Source of the DNA: Mustelus asterias
Lineage: Eukaryota
Direction: 5' to 3'
DNA length: 64,000 nt
Assembly: GCF_964213995.1 (NCBI RefSeq)
Contig: NW_027590629.1
Coordinates: 124,001-188,000 of the forward strand
Below are positions 60,545-64,000 of this stretch, one piece after another. The notes under the pieces are model-generated. The model saw nothing but the letters and a program-made list of their open reading frames with translations, was not told the DNA's origin and did no database searches. Numbering within the stretch: the first letter of the stretch is position 1; each line of letters starts with the position of its first letter. The translations under genes were made by a program, and so were the position numbers.

Positions 60545-61948
60545 GAGAATGGCGAATGTTGTTCCTCTGTTTAAGAAAGGGAATAGAAATGACCCTGGTA
60601 ATTATAGACTGGTTAGTCTTACTTCGGTGGTTGGTAAATTGATGGAAAAGGTCCTTAGGGATGGCATTTACGACCATTTAGAAAGATGCGGATTAATCCG
60701 GGATAGTCAGCACGGATTCGTGAAGGGCAAGTCATGCCTCACAAATTTGATTGAATTTCTTGAGGAGGCAACTAAGTGTGTTGATGATGGATTTTAGTAA
60801 GGCGCTTGATAAGGTCCCCCATGGTCGGCTTATGATGAAAGTGAGGAGGTGTGGGATGGAGGGAAAGTTGGCAGATTGGATAGGTAACGGGCTGTCTGAT
60901 CGAAGACAGAGGGTGGTGGTGGATGGAAAATTTTCGGATTGGAGGCAGTTTTCTAGCGGAGTGCCACAGGGATCAGTGCTTGGTCCTCTGCTCTTTGTGA
61001 TTTTTATTAATGACTTAGAGGAGGGGGCTGAAGGGTGGATCAGTAAATTTGCTGATGACACCAAGATTGGTGGAGTAGTGGATGAGGTGGAGGGCTGTTG
61101 TAGGCTGCAAAGAGACATAGATAGGATGCAAAGCTGGGCTGAAAAATGGCAAATGGAGTTTAACCCTGATAAACGTGAGGTGATTCATTTTGGTAGGACT
61201 AATTTAAATGTGGATTACAGGGTCAAAGGTAGGGTTCTGAAGACTGTGGAGGAAAAGAGAGATCTTGGGGTCCATATCCACAGATCTCTAAAGGCTGCCA
61301 CTCAAGTGGATAGAGTTGTGAAGAAGGCCTAGGGTGTGTTAACTTTTATTAACAGGGGGTTGGAGTTTAAGAACCGTGGGCTAATGCTCCAACTGTACAG
61401 GACCTTGGTGAGACCAAATTTGGAATATTGTGTGCAGTTCTGGTCACCTCACTACAAGAAAGATGTGGAAGCGCTGGAAAGAGTGCAGAGGAGATTTACC
61501 AGGATGCTGCCTGGTTTGGAGGGTAGGTCTTATGAGGAAAGGTTGAGGGAGCTGGGGCTGTTCTCTCTGGAGCGGAGGAGGCTGAGGGGAGACTTAATAG
61601 AGGTTAATAAAATGATAAAGGGTATAGATAGAGTGAACGTTCAAAGACTATTTCCTCAGATGGATGGAGCTATTACAAGGGGGCATAACTATAGGGTCCG
61701 TGGTGGGAGATATCGGATGGATATCAGAGGTAGGTTCTTTACGCAGAGAGTGGTTGGGGTGTGGAATGGACTGCCTGCAGTGATAGTGGAGTCAGACACT
61801 TTAGGAACATTTAAGCGGTTATTGGATAGGCACATGGAGCACACCAGGATGATAGGGAGTGGGATAGCTTGATCTTGGTTTCAGATAAAGCTCGGCACAA
61901 CATCGTGGGCTGAAGGGCCTCTTCTGTGCTGTACTGTTCTATGTTCTA
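60545..61948 (+). mobile_element. Young 5'-truncated CR1 LINE with a short internal deletion and one stop
   Basis: ORFs 60549-60797, 60751-61332 and 61336-61872. Near-identical to 37620-39305, with a TTCTATG tail. Confidence 0.96.
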
Positions 61949-62561
61949 AGGGGCCATACAGTCTACAACTGTTACTATTTCTGATGTTTTTAAATTAAAA
62001 GCCAGACATTTCCCAACTGGGGGCCAGGCAGTAATATACAAATTAACACTTACCGTTCACTGCCTGGCAGACAGGAAAAGAAGATATTAATGTCCATGGA
62101 GAAGTAGTCAGGGTCAAAGCGGAAGGCAAGTTCACACATTTAGCCAATTAGGAATGGCTGGAACAGAAAAGAGAAAGATCTTACAGGTGGAGCATGGACA
62201 GTCTTAAAAACCATCACCTTGTCTGAATCTACAATCGTGATGTGGAGATGCCGGCGTTGGACTGGGGTAAACACAGTAAACACAGTAAAACTCTGACTGA
62301 ATCTACAACCACCAGCTTCTCCATTTCCCAAAATAAAAATGAAGAATGCATCAACCCACTGCTCTCTATTTATTCAATTGCAGCTTCCAGCTTCACTTCG
62401 AATTGAAATCCTTAATGATAATTTATGGTGCAATTTGAAAGGTAGTTCAAAAAACAGTGAGACTTGGGATAACAGGCAGAGAGTTTTAAACACAACACTG
62501 GTTGAAACATTGTTTAAAAAGCTGGGAAAATATTCCAAATTTGTTAAAAACTGGAGTAATT

Positions 62562-63130
62562 CCTGCTGGGAATCAAACCCAGGTCCCTGGAGCTGTGAAG
62601 CAGCAGTGCTAACCACTGTGCTACCGTACCACCCAACTCGAAAAGCAATTATCTGAAAGAGTGAGGCCAAAAATAACCTCCCCTCCTGTTCCCCCTCCAA
62701 CTGTCTGCTCGAATTGATTTTCCGATTTTGAATGGAATTATCAGCTGACAGAAGTTTTACTCACTGATATGGGAGCTCAGGACAAGGGGGCAAATATCTT
62801 ATCAGAGCCAGGATATTCAGGAGATAAATTTAGGAAACACTTACTCACACAAAGGGTGGCAGAAGTGTGGAACTCTCTCCCACAGATAGCTGCAGATACT
62901 CGCTGTTGAATATTCTCCCCATGTCTGCATGGGTTTCCTCCGGGTGCTCCGCTTTCCTCCAACAGTCCAAAGATGTGCAGGTGAGGTGGATTGGCCATAC
63001 TAAATTGACCCTCATGTCAGGGGGATAAACAGGGTAAATATGTGGGGTGACAGCAATAGGGCCAGAGTGGGATTGTGGCTGGTGCAGACTTGATGGGCTG
63101 AATGGCCTCTTTCTGCACTGTGGGGATTCT
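62562..63130. mobile_element. HE1 V-SINE fragments (head on the minus strand at about 62562-62635; 3' half on the plus strand at about 62910-63130, inside a CR1 relic)
   Basis: CTGGAGCTGTGAAGCAGCAGTGCTAACCACTGTGCTACCG and GGGTTTCCTCCGGGTGCTCC...GTCCAAAGATGTG. Confidence 0.82.
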
Positions 63131-63494
63131 GTGAACAATTTTCAGTCTGAGATGGGGATATTTCTGCTGCCAAAAGGTGTGGATCTGAAGCCCAGGCGGC
63201 TGGATGGAGTTTGTCTCCCAGATCAATGGGCGGCTCAGGCTGGAGGGACTGAATGTCTGGCTCCTCCTCTTGCTGCTGCCGGAACTCAGAGCTTGTGCAG
63301 CTCCTGGAGCTGGGGGAGGCCATTCGGCCGCTTCGATATGGGACAGCCCACCTTTCAGACAGTTTATCCCTTGTCTGATGTCGGTGAGCTTTGTATTATT
63401 TTTATTGAAGGGTCATTAACAATGTGCAGATTCACACAGACTCTATCCATGTTACTGGGTCACCAATGTTGCTGATCTTCCCCCTGAGCGGGGG

Positions 63495-63690
63495 ACACTC
63501 ACAGCGAAGAAACAGCCTCCTCAGCCAGGCCCGGCCCGTTGCTAAGGGAACGCGGATCAGTCACTGCGCAGGCGCGGCCCGTCGCAAAGGGAACCTGGCC
63601 TCGTCATTGCGCAGGCGCGGCGCCTCTCCTCTGCAATCCGCTGACGTCAGCTCGTCAGCTCACGTGACGAGCTGTCAATCAATTGCCCCT
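63495..63690 (-). promoter_or_regulatory. CpG-rich promoter-like element with a candidate first-exon splice donor
   Basis: Two NRF1-like TGCGCAGGCGCG sites (63565 and 63608), a CRE palindrome GCTGACGTCAGC (63640-63651), an E-box TCACGTGA (63660-63667) and a minus-strand donor GTGAGT at 63502-63497. Confidence 0.65.
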
Positions 63691-64000
63691 TAAATATTGG
63701 GAATATATGGGAATAACAATATCAAGTTACATATGGAATTTTAACCATATCTCACCATTGACTTCAGTCATACACACATGTACAAATACATGTACACACA
63801 CATGGCTAGGAACTTGCACATGTGATTTCAAAATGAAAGTAGATATAACTTTTGGGGCTCAAGGGATCAGGATATTGAATTTGATGATCAGCCATGACCA
63901 AAATGAATAGCGGAGCAGGGCCAAATGGCCTCCTGCTTCTCATTTCTAAGTTTCATACACTAACCCTCAAGCAGGCAAACACTTACACACACACACAGAA

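Noticed and set aside
63012-63323. 103-aa minus-strand ORF (MASPSSRS...) as the gene driven by the CpG promoter
   Set aside because: Most of it is the antisense of a degenerate CR1 3' end and an HE1 SINE tail.

Overview
Repeat-rich vertebrate genomic DNA, almost certainly from a shark or other elasmobranch. This is an inference from the HE1/V-SINEs, SacSINE1-like SINEs, dense CR1 LINEs and shark-type NLR exons; no prokaryotic systems are present. (1) At 3.6-9.1 kb there is a decaying tRNA cluster: five tandem tRNA-Val-derived copies (two with shifted anticodons), a tRNA-Arg(ACG) and an apparently intron-containing tRNA-Pro relic. (2) A multi-exon NLR pseudogene lies on the minus strand from about 37.5 kb to 11.5 kb, with a split death-fold/CARD-like domain, a NACHT exon and LRR exons. 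A possible TRIM-like coiled-coil exon sits just upstream. (3) Most of the rest is mobile DNA: CR1 LINEs of several ages (one near full-length, one with a twin-priming-type 5' inversion), a Penelope-like element with a minimal hammerhead ribozyme, Rex1 and Gypsy relics, SINEs and MITEs. (4) There are two large minisatellites, one of 35 bp x ~60 and one of 39 bp x ~180. The 39-bp array produces the giant ORFs in the track, which are spurious. (5) A CpG-rich promoter lies near the right end. No intact host protein-coding gene is evident. I found no clearly novel complete biological system. The best leads are the hammerhead-ribozyme relics in the tRNA array, the anticodon-shifted and intron-bearing tRNAs, the possible TRIM-like exon upstream of the NLR, and the inverted CR1. 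All family assignments come from motif recognition by eye, not from database searches.
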